64,000 nucleotides of DNA from Nitrososphaerales archaeon (GTDB taxonomy: Archaea > Thermoproteota > Nitrososphaeria > Nitrososphaerales > UBA213). The DNA lies in the NCBI GenBank assembly GCA_965197925.1, contig CBDAOC010000019.1:384001-448000 (forward strand), in the 5' to 3' direction. Of this stretch, positions 12,380 through 23,212 are shown one piece after another (position 1 is the first letter of the stretch; each line of letters opens with the position of its first letter). The position numbers and the translations under genes were made by a program. The notes below the pieces were generated by a model. The model did no database searches, was not told the origin of the DNA, and was given only the letters and a program-made list of their open reading frames with translations.

Positions 12380-12646
12380 ATGGTGACTCGAGCAGTCGAG
12401 GTGAATAATCATAGTTACACAATAACGCTTAGTGATCAGACTACTATGCTTGTCACAAGGTTAAAGAGATTATACAATGCCAGCTACGGTGACGTAGAAA
12501 GCTTTGACGAGACAAGTGGAGCCATTTCTACTACAATAAATGAACTCATAAAACACACCATAGAACCAGATCCAGGGGATGAGGATCTTGATGGTGTGAT
12601 ACAAGCGTTACTGAGAATATTTGAAGAGGAGAATGCGAAAAGTTAA
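12380..12646 (+). CDS. Hypothetical acidic protein
   Basis: Clean 88-aa ORF with a TATA-like box upstream. Confidence 0.65.
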   Translation: MVTRAVEVNNHSYTITLSDQTTMLVTRLKRLYNASYGDVESFDETSGAISTTINELIKHTIEPDPGDEDLDGVIQALLRIFEEENAKS

Positions 12647-12695
12647 CCTACAACTTCTATTAATTCAAGACTAGCTTTAAATGTGTGAAGTAGTT

Positions 12696-12836
12696 ATGAA
12701 GTACATGATCCATTGCGAATGTGGTATATGTGGACATTCTTCAGAGAAGGATTGTATGCAGAAAGAATGTGAATGTTGTATGAATTTCCACTTAAGGTCG
12801 GGGCCTAAACTTAAAGCTAGCAATAATTTACAATGA
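12696..12836 (+). CDS. Small Cys/His-rich putative metal-binding protein (46 aa, or 43 aa from ATG 12705)
   Basis: Manual translation MKYMIHCECGICGHSSEKDCMQKECECCMNFHLRSGPKLKASNNLQ; TTTAAAT box at 12676. Confidence 0.55.
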   Translation: MKYMIHCECGICGHSSEKDCMQKECECCMNFHLRSGPKLKASNNLQ

Positions 12837-12878
12837 TTCATCTTATGTTTAAATAATAATGAGTCACTGCATTATTGA

Positions 12879-14222
12879 ATGAAAAGTCAAGCGTTTCAGC
12901 AGTGCATAGATCCCAGATGTAGTCTGAACTATCCTATTCTAGAAGCTAGAATACAATGTGAAAAGAACCATTTGATTGACATAAAATACAAAGGAAACTT
13001 TCCAAAATATCTCAAGGACGTTTTTTATGGAAGGCGCAATCATGGGGGTAATATATATAATGAAAGTGGTGTATGGCGCTTCAGGGAACTACTCAATTTT
13101 TCACAGGTAGATATGGAAAGTCAAGCGGAGTGTTCCGAATTCCTTGTTTCCCTAGACGGTTCAGAAGGAAGATTATCAAGACCCTACAAGATGACCAGGG
13201 TCACAGATTATGTAGGTCTTAAATCTGGGGGTCTATTCCTTCAGCCAGAAGGATACAACCCAAGTGGATCCTTCAAAGACAATGGTATGGCAACTGCACT
13301 AACACATGCAAAAATGCTTGGAGTAAAGAGGATAATATGTGCTTCAACAGGAAATACCTCGGCGTCAGCAGCCATGTATGCATCCAATGAAAATATTCGA
13401 TGTGATGTCTTTATACCAAAAGGTGAAGTTGCACCAGGAAAGCTTGGACAAGCATTTCAGTTTGGTGCACAGATATTTGAAATAGAAGGTAACTTTGATG
13501 ATGCTCTTTTAGCATCAATCGAAGAAGCAAAGAAAACTGGTGCTTACACTGTTAATTCCATTAATCCATTCAGGTTAGAGGGTCAGAAGACGATCTTGTA
13601 TAGAATCATGGAATATTTGAAATGGGAGCCACCAGATTGGATCGTGTATCCTGGAGGCGCACTTGGGAATTCATCAAGTGCAGGAAAATGTCTCATGGAA
13701 TTGTATGAATGGGGGTGGATAAAGAAGGTTCCACGACTAGCGGTAATTAATTCAGAGGGTGCGAACACGTTTTACAACCTGTACAACGGCAAATACAATA
13801 ATGTAATGTTAAGATGGAATGGTGGCAAAGTTGTTCAAGAGTTCATTAATAATTACTACGATTATATGGACAAAAATGCGATCAGACCAAAGACAGAAGC
13901 CACAGCAATTCAGATAGGGAAGCCAACAAATATTCTTAAGGCTTTGCGTGCGTTGGAATTTACGAATGGAGTAGTAACGCAGGTAAGCGACATAGAGATG
14001 TACGACGGTATGTCTATTGTAGGCTTGAATGGATTCGATTGTGAACTCGCATCGGGTTCTGTTCCAGCGGGTATAAAAAAATTGCTTAATGAAGAAATAA
14101 TAAAAAGTGATGATGTTGTCGTTGGCATACTTACAGGAAGACAAAAGGACCCAATTGGTTGTGTGAAATATCATTCAAATCCAAATAACAGATTTGCCAA
14201 CCCTCCAAAAACCCATAACTAA
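12879..14222 (+). CDS. thrC: Threonine synthase
   Basis: EGYNPSGSFKDNG, CASTGNTSAS, NSINPFRLEGQKT, ATAIQIGKP. Confidence 0.93.
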   Translation: MKSQAFQQCIDPRCSLNYPILEARIQCEKNHLIDIKYKGNFPKYLKDVFYGRRNHGGNIYNESGVWRFRELLNFSQVDMESQAECSEFLVSLDGSEGRLSRPYKMTRVTDYVGLKSGGLFLQPEGYNPSGSFKDNGMATALTHAKMLGVKRIICASTGNTSASAAMYASNENIRCDVFIPKGEVAPGKLGQAFQFGAQIFEIEGNFDDALLASIEEAKKTGAYTVNSINPFRLEGQKTILYRIMEYLKWEPPDWIVYPGGALGNSSSAGKCLMELYEWGWIKKVPRLAVINSEGANTFYNLYNGKYNNVMLRWNGGKVVQEFINNYYDYMDKNAIRPKTEATAIQIGKPTNILKALRALEFTNGVVTQVSDIEMYDGMSIVGLNGFDCELASGSVPAGIKKLLNEEIIKSDDVVVGILTGRQKDPIGCVKYHSNPNNRFANPPKTHN

Positions 14223-14730
14223 TAGATTCACGCATTTTTTGTAATTCCATCTATAATTAAGATACAAGATTAAAAGTCTAAGATCTTTGTGTTAATCAAG
14301 AAACATATACCATTCCAAAATTTTTAGTACCTATCCTAATGTTTTTAACATGGTAAAATACTTATCATTGCAATATTATGCATATAGCTGCAATGATAAT
14401 TGCTTGGGAATACATTTCTTTTTGACGCCCAGAGCAGCGAACTGTTAGCCCTGATATGTTATGGTAAAAAAACCAGAATTGAGTTTAAGAATGGTCCTAG
14501 TGGACTTGAGGTTTACCAAATGTAAAGTGATATAGATTCTATTTTATTTATCATGGAATTGGTGAGTTGATCAAAGCCACAAATCCACTCGCAATATCAT
14601 AGATATACGGAACTACAAAAGGTAAACCAAACTGGTCATTATACTCAAATTTCTTTGCTAGAAAATTCCAACATACAAAATTAACCCGTGGAATATAGTT
14701 TTTTCGAGAATAAGAATAATATTAATAAAA

Positions 14731-14825
14731 TGCGGTGGGCGGGATTATCAGGTATTTTCTACCTCTTGAACCCGCGTTGACAGCGTGGCAGGCTGCCGTC
14801 CTAGACCAAGCTAGACGACCACCGC
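14731..14825 (-). tRNA. tRNA-Gly(GCC) with 20-nt intron in the T-loop (about 14746-14765)
   Basis: GCGGTGG acceptor stem, anticodon loop CTGCCAC, GGGTTCAA[GAGGTAGAAAATACCTGATA]ATCCC. Confidence 0.92.
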
Positions 14826-15761
14826 ATAACATCACTAAAAAGAAGCTACTATAATTTTATTATGTCCTCTGGTACTGTCATATTAACCTAGATGTAGAAA
14901 TTCTACAGCTTTATGTAGCCCTTTCCTTTATGCTGTCACTATGATGAGGATATTTTATCTACATAATGTGTGGATATGGTAGATCCTCCTACAAAGATAG
15001 GAAAATTATGGGCCTAGACACAACGATTGCGTAAGGGCCAAGTGTGACTTCTAAGAATCTTCTTACATAATGGAAACCGCTAAAAATAAGTCTTAACTTA
15101 TTTTTGGCTCTATCTGAAAGCATCATACTCGATACAAGTATATGGAAATCATAAATATACAGAACTGTCGGGGGTATTGACTACTAGTTGTCGGGTTCAA
15201 CCTTCAGCTTCCCATCGGTAATTAATTTCCTCTTATAACACCCACACTAACAATAATACTCTTCCAATAATGCCCTTTCTTAATGTGAATTCCTCATTTG
15301 TGACATCATACTTCCATAATCTTAGTAATGCACCATCTTTGATGTAATTTTTTTTCTACATATAACACTTTGAGGAAGATGATTCTCCCTTAATGTCACT
15401 TTTTCTGCTATCATTTGTTGGAAATACGCTCAAATTGACTTTTCCGCTTCCTAGACTCACTAAAACGAAGCAACGAAACCACGATTCATTCGTTAAAGCC
15501 TTCCTGGATTTACTGTAATGTCATATTAATGTCATAATATCACTAAATGCCATAATATTCACTGATTTTAGCTCGCCAGAATCGTGGCTATATACACTTT
15601 ATAAACCCGATAATATTCTGACATTTGTATCAATTAGTGATTATTATGAGACCAAGAGCCTATATTATGACAAAAGAGTGGAATTTGTGCTGCTGATAAT
15701 GGAGCACTCGATAAAATAACCTATATTGGTCCGTTAATAACGTCTTATGTGACACTAATAA

Positions 15762-15882
15762 TGTCATCAGTGGATTGATGGTGTCATCAGTGCGTATTTA
15801 GTGCACAAACAGTGTCATCAGTGGATTGATGGTGTCATCAGTGCGTATTTAGTGCACAAACAGTGCAGTGGATTGATGGTGT
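15762..15882. repeat. 51-bp tandem repeat, 2 full copies plus a partial, with internal TGTCATCAGTG sub-repeat
   Basis: TGTCATCAGTGGATTGATGGTGTCATCAGTGCGTATTTAGTGCACAAACAG repeated. Confidence 0.85.
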
Positions 15883-15999
15883 ATTATTAACGTGAAGGTG
15901 AACATTATTAGGGGGTTACCTACACTAATAACTTCACTAACTAAATTATTTTTCCGTTATTTCAACAAAATCGTTGTTTTGAATAATTAAAATCCATAC

Positions 16000-16686
16000 C
16001 TAATTCCTTCTAGCAATAATGCTATTATACTCTGATAGATGTTATCATCACGAATATTGGTGGTAGTGAGTTCAGCAGATAATGGTACAATCAATGAACC
16101 TGTGCTAGATCTTATACACGGCTCGTAACCGAATATCCATACTTTGGTTTTGTAAGTCCCATCTTACATCTATATCTATTCCAGAGTGTGGAATAATATG
16201 CTTCATCATGCTGGATTTGTGCCATACATCTCCCTTTGTTTTTAATAAGCAACTGTCAATGGATACTATGAATAGGTCTAATAACCCTTTCTCTTACAAA
16301 CAGGATTGCCATTACATCTAATTTGATTTTATGTCAATTGATATGGTCTTGTACCTTCTATCGAATGTTCTTCTGTCCGGCTACCTACCCAACCCCGCAT
16401 GATTTCAAACTCTCCTGATTTACACAATATCTAACGAAAAATATTGATACAAAGCATTGCTGCTTGGTATTCTTAACCATACTCTAACGATGAAGCATCA
16501 CACCATTACTGTTGGTGAGTAGTAGAATGGTCTACCTCTATTCCTATTAGGTTTTTGCCAAGGAATCACGCCAATAAAGATAATATACGAAGGAATATGG
16601 AGTTGGGCTAAACACATTAACAATTAGAACTGGAACCTGATCTTATTGTTTCGAGAAAATTGACTAAACAAAAGCCTCAAGTAATT
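16000..16686 (-). pseudogene. Decayed DDE transposase/IS remnant, homologous to the element at 48549-50544
   Basis: Nucleotide similarity to 49880-50540 (e.g. CTTGGTATTCTTA.CCATACTCTAACGATGAAGCATC, AGTAGAATGGTCTACC, AAGCCTCAA end); many frameshifts. Confidence 0.8.
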
Positions 16687-16970
16687 GTGGGTTAATTATA
16701 ATGCAAAAATGCATCAAACAGCATGACCAGTCCAATAAAGATATGAAAACCTGTATTGATATGTCTCGTCAATCGTTCCAAATCAAAGTCTTTTGCACTT
16801 TAAAATATATCACTCATTTTGTTAGCTAATTTGTTCCAGTAAGGGGATTGAAAAAAAATTACCACATATGGTTATTAACAATTTTTGCACCTTAGTAATG
16901 GTAATAGAAAGCCCATACTACGTTAACTTCCACTATATACCCATTCACAATGATGGTAGTCCCTAGAGTT

Positions 16971-17711
16971 TTAAAAAAGAGAAAGTTTATTCTTATCAAT
17001 TTTCTTAAAGGGTCGAAGAATTTTGTCTAATTTCTCGCCATAATGAACCATTTTAGGTCCATGCGCACTTACATAGGTTATCTTACTTTCAGTTTTCCTT
17101 ACCTTGCTGGCTATAGTAGAGTAATCGTATTCGCCAAGGCGGAAATCATTTTTTGGGTTTCCGAATACTCTTGTATAGGTGATATCATTGTCATAACGTA
17201 CATCCTCCCAACTCAAGTCGACCACATGGATTATGTTCAAATCTCTTATAAGATTAATCAAACCATCAGGTAATTCTGAAATTCTTTTCCTGAATTGCCA
17301 TGCTATTTGAACACCATTTAGAGATATTCCACTGAAAAACTGTTTGACATCAGTGATGAATTTTTCATCTAAAAGTAAAGATGCGGGTATTTCAAAAACT
17401 AGAATTTTAGCATTAAGAATCTTACAGCATATTAGCATTTTATTAATAGTTTTATAAGCATCTTCTGTAGGTCTAATCCCAACCTTATGTGTTAAACCCT
17501 GATAACATTTTACACTAAATTCAAAATCGTAAGGAACTTGATGTCTCCATCTTTCTATTGTTTTAGGATCAAATATTTTGTAAAACGTAGAATTTACCTC
17601 TACAAATCTGAAAGTCTTACTATAAACTTTCAATCTCATACCTGGAGATAATAAATCCTTCTTATAATCATACCAACCTCCGGTACCAACATATATCTCC
17701 TCAATCATCAT
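16971..17711 (-). CDS. DUF72 (YecE-like) protein
   Basis: IYVGTGGW, FVEVNSTFY, W...P.DFEFSVK...LTH. Confidence 0.85.
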   Translation of the reverse strand: MMIEEIYVGTGGWYDYKKDLLSPGMRLKVYSKTFRFVEVNSTFYKIFDPKTIERWRHQVPYDFEFSVKCYQGLTHKVGIRPTEDAYKTINKMLICCKILNAKILVFEIPASLLLDEKFITDVKQFFSGISLNGVQIAWQFRKRISELPDGLINLIRDLNIIHVVDLSWEDVRYDNDITYTRVFGNPKNDFRLGEYDYSTIASKVRKTESKITYVSAHGPKMVHYGEKLDKILRPFKKIDKNKLSLF

Positions 17712-18072
17712 GAGGCAGCTCTAATAATGCTCTTATGAATATATTGATTATTTCAGAACTACTTGTTTGTTTAGGATAGAGATATCTACCTGAAACTGCA
17801 TTTGGGTAATTGACTAAATGTTTATATCCTCCAAAAAAACATGTGTCTCTTAAATTAGAATGGGTCATGAATTATATAATTCATCTTTTGTCACATTATT
17901 AGAAAGAAGCGAATTGAATAAGGATTTCTTATTTATTCCTAACAATCTACTTCATCCAAGAATAATTGATGCAACCTTCCTGTATCAATTTTATAAGCTA
18001 ATAGATCCAACACAAACTGCACTATTCAGTATCTATGATATCGTCATGATACTCTAAATGTTCCTTGATTTA

Positions 18073-18585
18073 TTAGTTAATTTTTTCTACTTCTTGTTCC
18101 AAAGGAATTACATTTATCGTTGTAGTCGTTGGCAATTTGCTAGAAGCAGTCTGCATTGCTTCTTTTCCCTTTTGCAAATCTCTAGTCTTTACCTGCAATT
18201 CAAGTATCACCTGCCCCGAATAGATTCTTGCTGCCAGGCCAACGCCCTTCCCAAAAGCTCTTCTCATACCTTCCTGTAGTCTATCTGCACCAGCAGCAGC
18301 TATCATTTTGTTCTCCCTTAGTATCACATGTGGATACACCCTGAGTAAACTGTAAAAGGAAGATTCACCAACTTCGACCATTGCTTTGTTTGCAGCTAAT
18401 CTAGCAGCTTCTAAAGCGTTATGTCTTATCTGAACTTTCTCGTTACTGATCAACTCTATTTTAAAATCGTAATTTCCAGTAGCTCCACCTGTGAATTTTG
18501 CAATTTTTGACTGAGGCTTCCCTTTAATATACTCACGTCTAACATAAGGCATTCCTCTCCATTCTCGGTAATTTCCTCCCCTCAA
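18073..18585 (-). CDS. rpl10e: 50S ribosomal protein uL16 (L10e)
   Basis: QIRHNALEAARLAANK, VYPHVILRENKM, GADRLQEGMRRAFGK. Confidence 0.96.
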   Translation of the reverse strand: MRGGNYREWRGMPYVRREYIKGKPQSKIAKFTGGATGNYDFKIELISNEKVQIRHNALEAARLAANKAMVEVGESSFYSLLRVYPHVILRENKMIAAAGADRLQEGMRRAFGKGVGLAARIYSGQVILELQVKTRDLQKGKEAMQTASSKLPTTTTINVIPLEQEVEKIN

Positions 18586-18632
18586 CGCATATACACCTAA
18601 ATTAAAGCAAAATCTAATATGATTTAATTGTT

Positions 18633-19202
18633 ATGTCTGAAGTGGAATACACCATACATGGAGAGCTTTCAAGAGGGTATGTACTAATTGATGATGAAAA
18701 CACCATCTCAGAGCTTACAAAGAAGGGTTTTGGAGATAGCGAAGGCAAAAAGTACTTGCTTAGGATTTATGAAGCACTTTACCTACTGTTTAGCAACAAG
18801 ATGGTAATCAAACACAAAAACCAATTGGTGAACTTTGACCAGTTAGTTGATATAGCGATGAAGAAAGATGATCAAGCATGGACACGTTTCTTGGTTTACA
18901 GGGACCTTAGGAGTAAGGGATATGTTGCGAAGGAAGGTTTTGGATTTGGAGTTGATTTCAGGGTCTACGACCGTGGTGACTTTGGGAACAAATCCGCAAA
19001 ATATGTCGTTTTTGGAATAAACGAGGGTACGAAGATGGAAGTAAAAAAGCTTAACGATACAGTTGGGCAGATAAGACATATGGGTAAAGAACCCGTTATA
19101 GCTGTTATTGAAAGGAGAGGCGAAGTAATTTATTATAAAGTATCAACTATGCGTTTCCTCAATAATAAGAGCCTATTTGACATTGATACGATAACCAAGT
19201 AA
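18633..19202 (+). CDS. endA: tRNA-splicing endonuclease subunit
   Basis: LRIYEALYL, FLVYRDLRSKGYVAKEGFGFGVDFRVY, VIYY. Confidence 0.9.
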   Translation: MSEVEYTIHGELSRGYVLIDDENTISELTKKGFGDSEGKKYLLRIYEALYLLFSNKMVIKHKNQLVNFDQLVDIAMKKDDQAWTRFLVYRDLRSKGYVAKEGFGFGVDFRVYDRGDFGNKSAKYVVFGINEGTKMEVKKLNDTVGQIRHMGKEPVIAVIERRGEVIYYKVSTMRFLNNKSLFDIDTITK

Positions 19203-19301
19203 TTAAATAATTATTTAATACCATTCTTCTTGTTTCTATCTGAAATTTTTTTGTGTATTGGTCTATCATAAATAGTTCAACAATTCATAATAGTAGAAAA
19301 G

Positions 19302-19393
19302 TGCTCCGGGCGGGATTTCCACCATAAAGGATTTGAACCCGCGATCAGCGGCTCGAGAGGCCGCTATGCTTAACCGGGCTACACCACCGGAGC
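19302..19393 (-). tRNA. tRNA-Glu(CTC) with 16-nt intron in the T-loop (about 19317-19332)
   Basis: GCTCCGG acceptor stem, GCGGC-CTCTCGA-GCCGC anticodon arm, GGGTTCAA[ATCCTTTATGGTGGAA]ATCCC. Confidence 0.92.
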
Positions 19394-19689
19394 ACCGAGT
19401 TTTTGCCTATTCAGTGCAATTTAAAGCATCCTTTCATATCATTGTAATGTAATATTATTATTTTTTTAACCATGCAAGTCTATATGCAAGAATCAAACGT
19501 AAAACCCCTAATTTTCTGACAAGGGGTGTAATTCCTATATGATTGTGGATTCTTTCTCCACAGACCAACTATTACACTTTAATACTTCTTCAATTTACTT
19601 TTCCAAGAATAGCATCCAAATAATTGATTACTTAAACAGGGCGAATATACCTCTTATTTTATTTAAGCTAAACATGTTGTCAACTAGAC

Positions 19690-20568
19690 TTGAAAGTGCC
19701 AAAAAGTATAATTGATGAGCTCATGAACAAATATGAACAATTACCCATTGCTCTTACGGGTTGCAGTACTACAACACAAACATTGGATTGTTGTGAATAT
19801 GATTTTATTGTTTTATCCGATCGTGATTGCTATGAATGGCTTTGTAATGATAGTGAATATGCAGAGATACATACTATACCTGCAGATCAGAAAAAGCATG
19901 CACTTGCTCTACTACTTCAGAATATGCAAATAATAAACGACCCCTCTTGGATATTCGCAACCCTAAAACAAGACTTTGTAAAAATAGGGTCCGAAGCTCT
20001 ATCTTTCTATTCTAGAAACTTAGCGGTAGATGCATTATTTTATGCTAATCGATCTCGAGAGGTAGCTATGGTAAATACATTATTGTCATCATTGTGGCTA
20101 AAGTGTGCTGCATATTTTTATTTAGAAGCCGTAATAGCAAAGAAAGGATTGAAACCCATGCCTACACATATGTTGGCACAGCTTCGTTCTTTAAATGATG
20201 ATAATAATAGTATAGGTATTACTATTGCAAGTATCTGTCTGGGTCTAGAACGTGCAAACAGATCATCTATATCAAGATGTGTGGAAGCAGCAATAGAGCT
20301 AAACGAGCGGATTGTGAAAGACCAATCCAAACAGATCGTTGCAAGAAAAGTAGAATTCCTCCTCCAATCTGGAATGTATTCGGATTGTTATTTTTATTTA
20401 GGTTACTTAGCCAAGAATGCAGCGGTGAGACTAGCATCTAACCAGAAGATCCTAAGAGACCATATGTTTATGATAAATATTGCAATGGATCTTACCACTG
20501 ACCAAACATTCATATCTAAATTTTCAACCAAACTAATGGACGCCTGCAATAAGCTAATGTTAGGATAA
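19690..20568 (+). CDS. Hypothetical protein, possibly nucleotidyltransferase-like fold
   Basis: LTGC...CEYD (GS...DxD-like) N-terminus followed by a helical domain. Confidence 0.65.
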   Translation: MKVPKSIIDELMNKYEQLPIALTGCSTTTQTLDCCEYDFIVLSDRDCYEWLCNDSEYAEIHTIPADQKKHALALLLQNMQIINDPSWIFATLKQDFVKIGSEALSFYSRNLAVDALFYANRSREVAMVNTLLSSLWLKCAAYFYLEAVIAKKGLKPMPTHMLAQLRSLNDDNNSIGITIASICLGLERANRSSISRCVEAAIELNERIVKDQSKQIVARKVEFLLQSGMYSDCYFYLGYLAKNAAVRLASNQKILRDHMFMINIAMDLTTDQTFISKFSTKLMDACNKLMLG

Positions 20569-21131
20569 AAAGTCACTTGCACTTCAACATTGAAAAATAA
20601 ATTATTGAAATAATTTCAGATAATCAGTCTGCGCTGTAGGTATCTTTAGGTATCTTATATCATTCGTATAATTATTTAGTCATCTTTTTCTTTTCTGTTA
20701 CTTATGCAGCATTGACTCTAACCCTTCTACTTCTTCGATAAATGGTGAAGGCTCTGCATGTGGGAATCTTACAAGGTATACGTACATTGTTCCAGTTATA
20801 CGGGTGTGTTCCTCTGTTTTGCTACAACTGAATACGATCTTATCGCCTTTCTTAATCCATATGTTATCTTCAAGTCATCAATCTTATAATCAATAGTTGT
20901 CATGTCGTTACCTTTAAGGTCAAAACCACCCCTGGGATGTTTAATACCGTTGATCTCAAACGCTAAATTAGATACGATCTTATCGTCTTTAAGATCCGCA
21001 TTCCAATGATAACCCATTTTGGGTTCTGTTGCGTTAGTGGGTGTTGGCTAGAAATTTTATCCGTGTTGCGTGTCGGGTGTTTTTGGTCACCAGATCGCCA
21101 GATTTAAGAAGACAGTTACATTTTATCTAAT

Positions 21132-21299
21132 ATGGTCTGGCAAGCACTTGCGATTGGAATAGCTGCAGGGTTGATTGTGAAGATAATTGATGATGCTCTT
21201 AGTGAACATTGTCCTTATTGTAAGAGTAAACTTGAAAGACGAGAACCAAAGGTCTATTTTTGCAACAAATGTCAGTTGTACTTTTTCACTTCAAAGTAA
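21132..21299 (+). CDS. Small Zn-ribbon protein with hydrophobic N-terminus (55 aa)
   Basis: Manual translation MVWQALAIGIAAGLIVKIIDDALSEHCPYCKSKLERREPKVYFCNKCQLYFFTSK; stop abuts the transposase stop. Confidence 0.6.
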   Translation: MVWQALAIGIAAGLIVKIIDDALSEHCPYCKSKLERREPKVYFCNKCQLYFFTSK

Positions 21300-21300
21300 C

Positions 21301-22410
21301 TCATTTACTCGCATTTTCGATAATCGTTTTCCACTTGTTATCACCCTTGATCTCAATTCCTGTCCTGTCTGCTGGCGTATCTCCATCCAATCCCATGTGA
21401 GGCTTGATAAAATTATGGTATAGCTTGATTCCTGCAATGGCTGGTGAATCGTCTTTTTTCAATCCTCTAAAGACTTTCTCACGATCCCGAAATTCTCCAT
21501 TAAGGCGTTCTTGAATATTGTTGTTAGCTAGCTGATTCTTGAAATGCACTTCCTTAACGTGCTTTGATGGCTTGTGCAGAAAGTTCTTTGGTGCATATTC
21601 CTTCTTGAAGGCATTATTGTAAGCTGGAAGTCCGTCTGTGACAAATACACTGGGTACCTTCTTAGCTACATCTTTTCCCATCTTTAGAAGACTTTGTGCA
21701 TCATGCTTAAACTTGCTATCTGCTACTTCTTGGGCTATCCAAAATCTAGTTTCTGAATCCATCATAGCAAAAAGGTATTTTCTATCACCTTTTACTTTAA
21801 GCCACACTTCATCTGCATGCCATTTGTCACCTACTTGTGGAGTAATGGTTGAGAGATAGTTATCCATGAGTTTAGTGTATTTCTTTATCCAACGATAAAC
21901 TGTGGTATGGTTTACATTGATTCCCTGTAGCTTGATGAATTTCTGAACTCCACGCAAGGATTCACCAGTAAAGTAAAGCTGCATTGCAGAGGTTATGATT
22001 TGAGGGGATGCATGCATCTTCTCAAATCCCAGATTGATAGAGAATCTTTTCTTGCAGTCAAGACACTTTAGCCTTTGAATGGAGTGTGTCTTGTTCTTTC
22101 TGATTCCGTCTTTTCTTAGCTGGTTAGATTTGCAGAAAATACAACAGTCAATATTTATAGAAGCCAAGACAACTTTTGGCTTTACTTCTTTTCTAATGGC
22201 TAGGCTAATCTCTACTGCATGAATGTGTTTGCAGCAGATTTTTCTAAAGTTATGATCCTCACAGGAGCAAGACCAACCAAACTCAGTACCGACAACATCA
22301 TGGATAATATTTCTTGTCTGGCTATTCACTTCATAGTGGGTTTCATCTAGTCTTCTGATTTGATCTTGCTTTTCTGTAATTTCTTTTCCTCTAAGTTCTC
22401 TTTGATTCAT
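21301..22410 (-). mobile_element. IS6-family (IS240-like DDE) transposase with N-terminal SWIM and Zn-ribbon
   Basis: WSCSCED..CCKHIHA (SWIM), CIFC/CLDC, WHADEVW, VTDGLPAY, NNIQERLNGEFRDR; intact ORF. Confidence 0.88.
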
Positions 22411-22488
22411 ATATTATAGGCATATTAATGCCTATATAAGTTATGCCCTTAAATATAGGCATAAATATAACGGGTCATAAAGATAGAC

Positions 22489-22662
22489 ATGAAGAATTTA
22501 ATAAAATATTCAAACGTTGTAATTGCAAACAAGAATCAAACTGTACGCTGTACAATTCCTAAAGACATTGCAGAGTTGTTAGAGATTACAACAGATGACA
22601 GATTAAAATGGACGTTAGATGTTAAGACAGGACAAATTGTTTTGGAGCTGGTGAGGGATTGA
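22489..22662 (+). CDS. AbrB/MazE/SpoVT-type DNA-binding protein (57 aa)
   Basis: Manual translation MKNLIKYSNVVIANKNQTVRCTIPKDIAELLEITTDDRLKWTLDVKTGQIVLELVRD; TIPK.IA..L.I...D.L.W motif. Confidence 0.75.
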   Translation: MKNLIKYSNVVIANKNQTVRCTIPKDIAELLEITTDDRLKWTLDVKTGQIVLELVRD

Positions 22663-22710
22663 ACGTACTATGACACAAGAAGTTAACCAAGACGATGCGG
22701 AGGCAAACTT

Positions 22711-23193
22711 TTGAGATATATGGGCAATAAACAATTACTAACCCCAGAAATTTTGGAATTATTAGGGAAAAAGGGATTATTAGATAATAATTTAACATTA
22801 TTCGATGCTTTCTGTGGTACTGGATCTGTTTCTGATGCTTTGAAAGGCTCGTTTAACATCGTAGCTAATGACATACTCAGCTGGTGTACCTTATACACCA
22901 AAAGTCGTCTTTGCGCTGGAGATTGCAAGTTTAAAAAACTTGGCTTTGATCCTTTTGAGTTTTTTAATTCTAATGATAAAAAAATTGAAGGTTTTTTATT
23001 CAAAAACTATTCCCTTGGAGGCTCTAAAAGGATGTATTTCTCCCCTGAAAATGCTAAACGAATTGACTATTTCAGGGCAAAAATAGAGGATTGGAAAAAG
23101 GATGATTTATTGACTGGGAAGAGGTTGAGAAAATACTGCGTGAGGAATTATTCCGGGAAAGGAAAAAACACCATGAAACCCTGGTTAGGATAA
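22711..23193 (+). pseudogene. D12/FokI-class adenine DNA methyltransferase, C-terminally truncated
   Basis: MRYMGNK, FDAFCGTGSVS, VAND, RMYFSPENAKRID; ends before any DPPY motif. Confidence 0.8.
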
Positions 23194-23212
23194 CACAGGA
23201 AAAAAACAGATA

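Noticed and set aside
15762..15882. Mini-CRISPR
   Set aside because: The intervening sequences are themselves duplicated, so this is a tandem duplication.
17860..18057. 65-aa ORF between the DUF72 gene and rpl10e
   Set aside because: No motif or other support; cannot be distinguished from a chance ORF.
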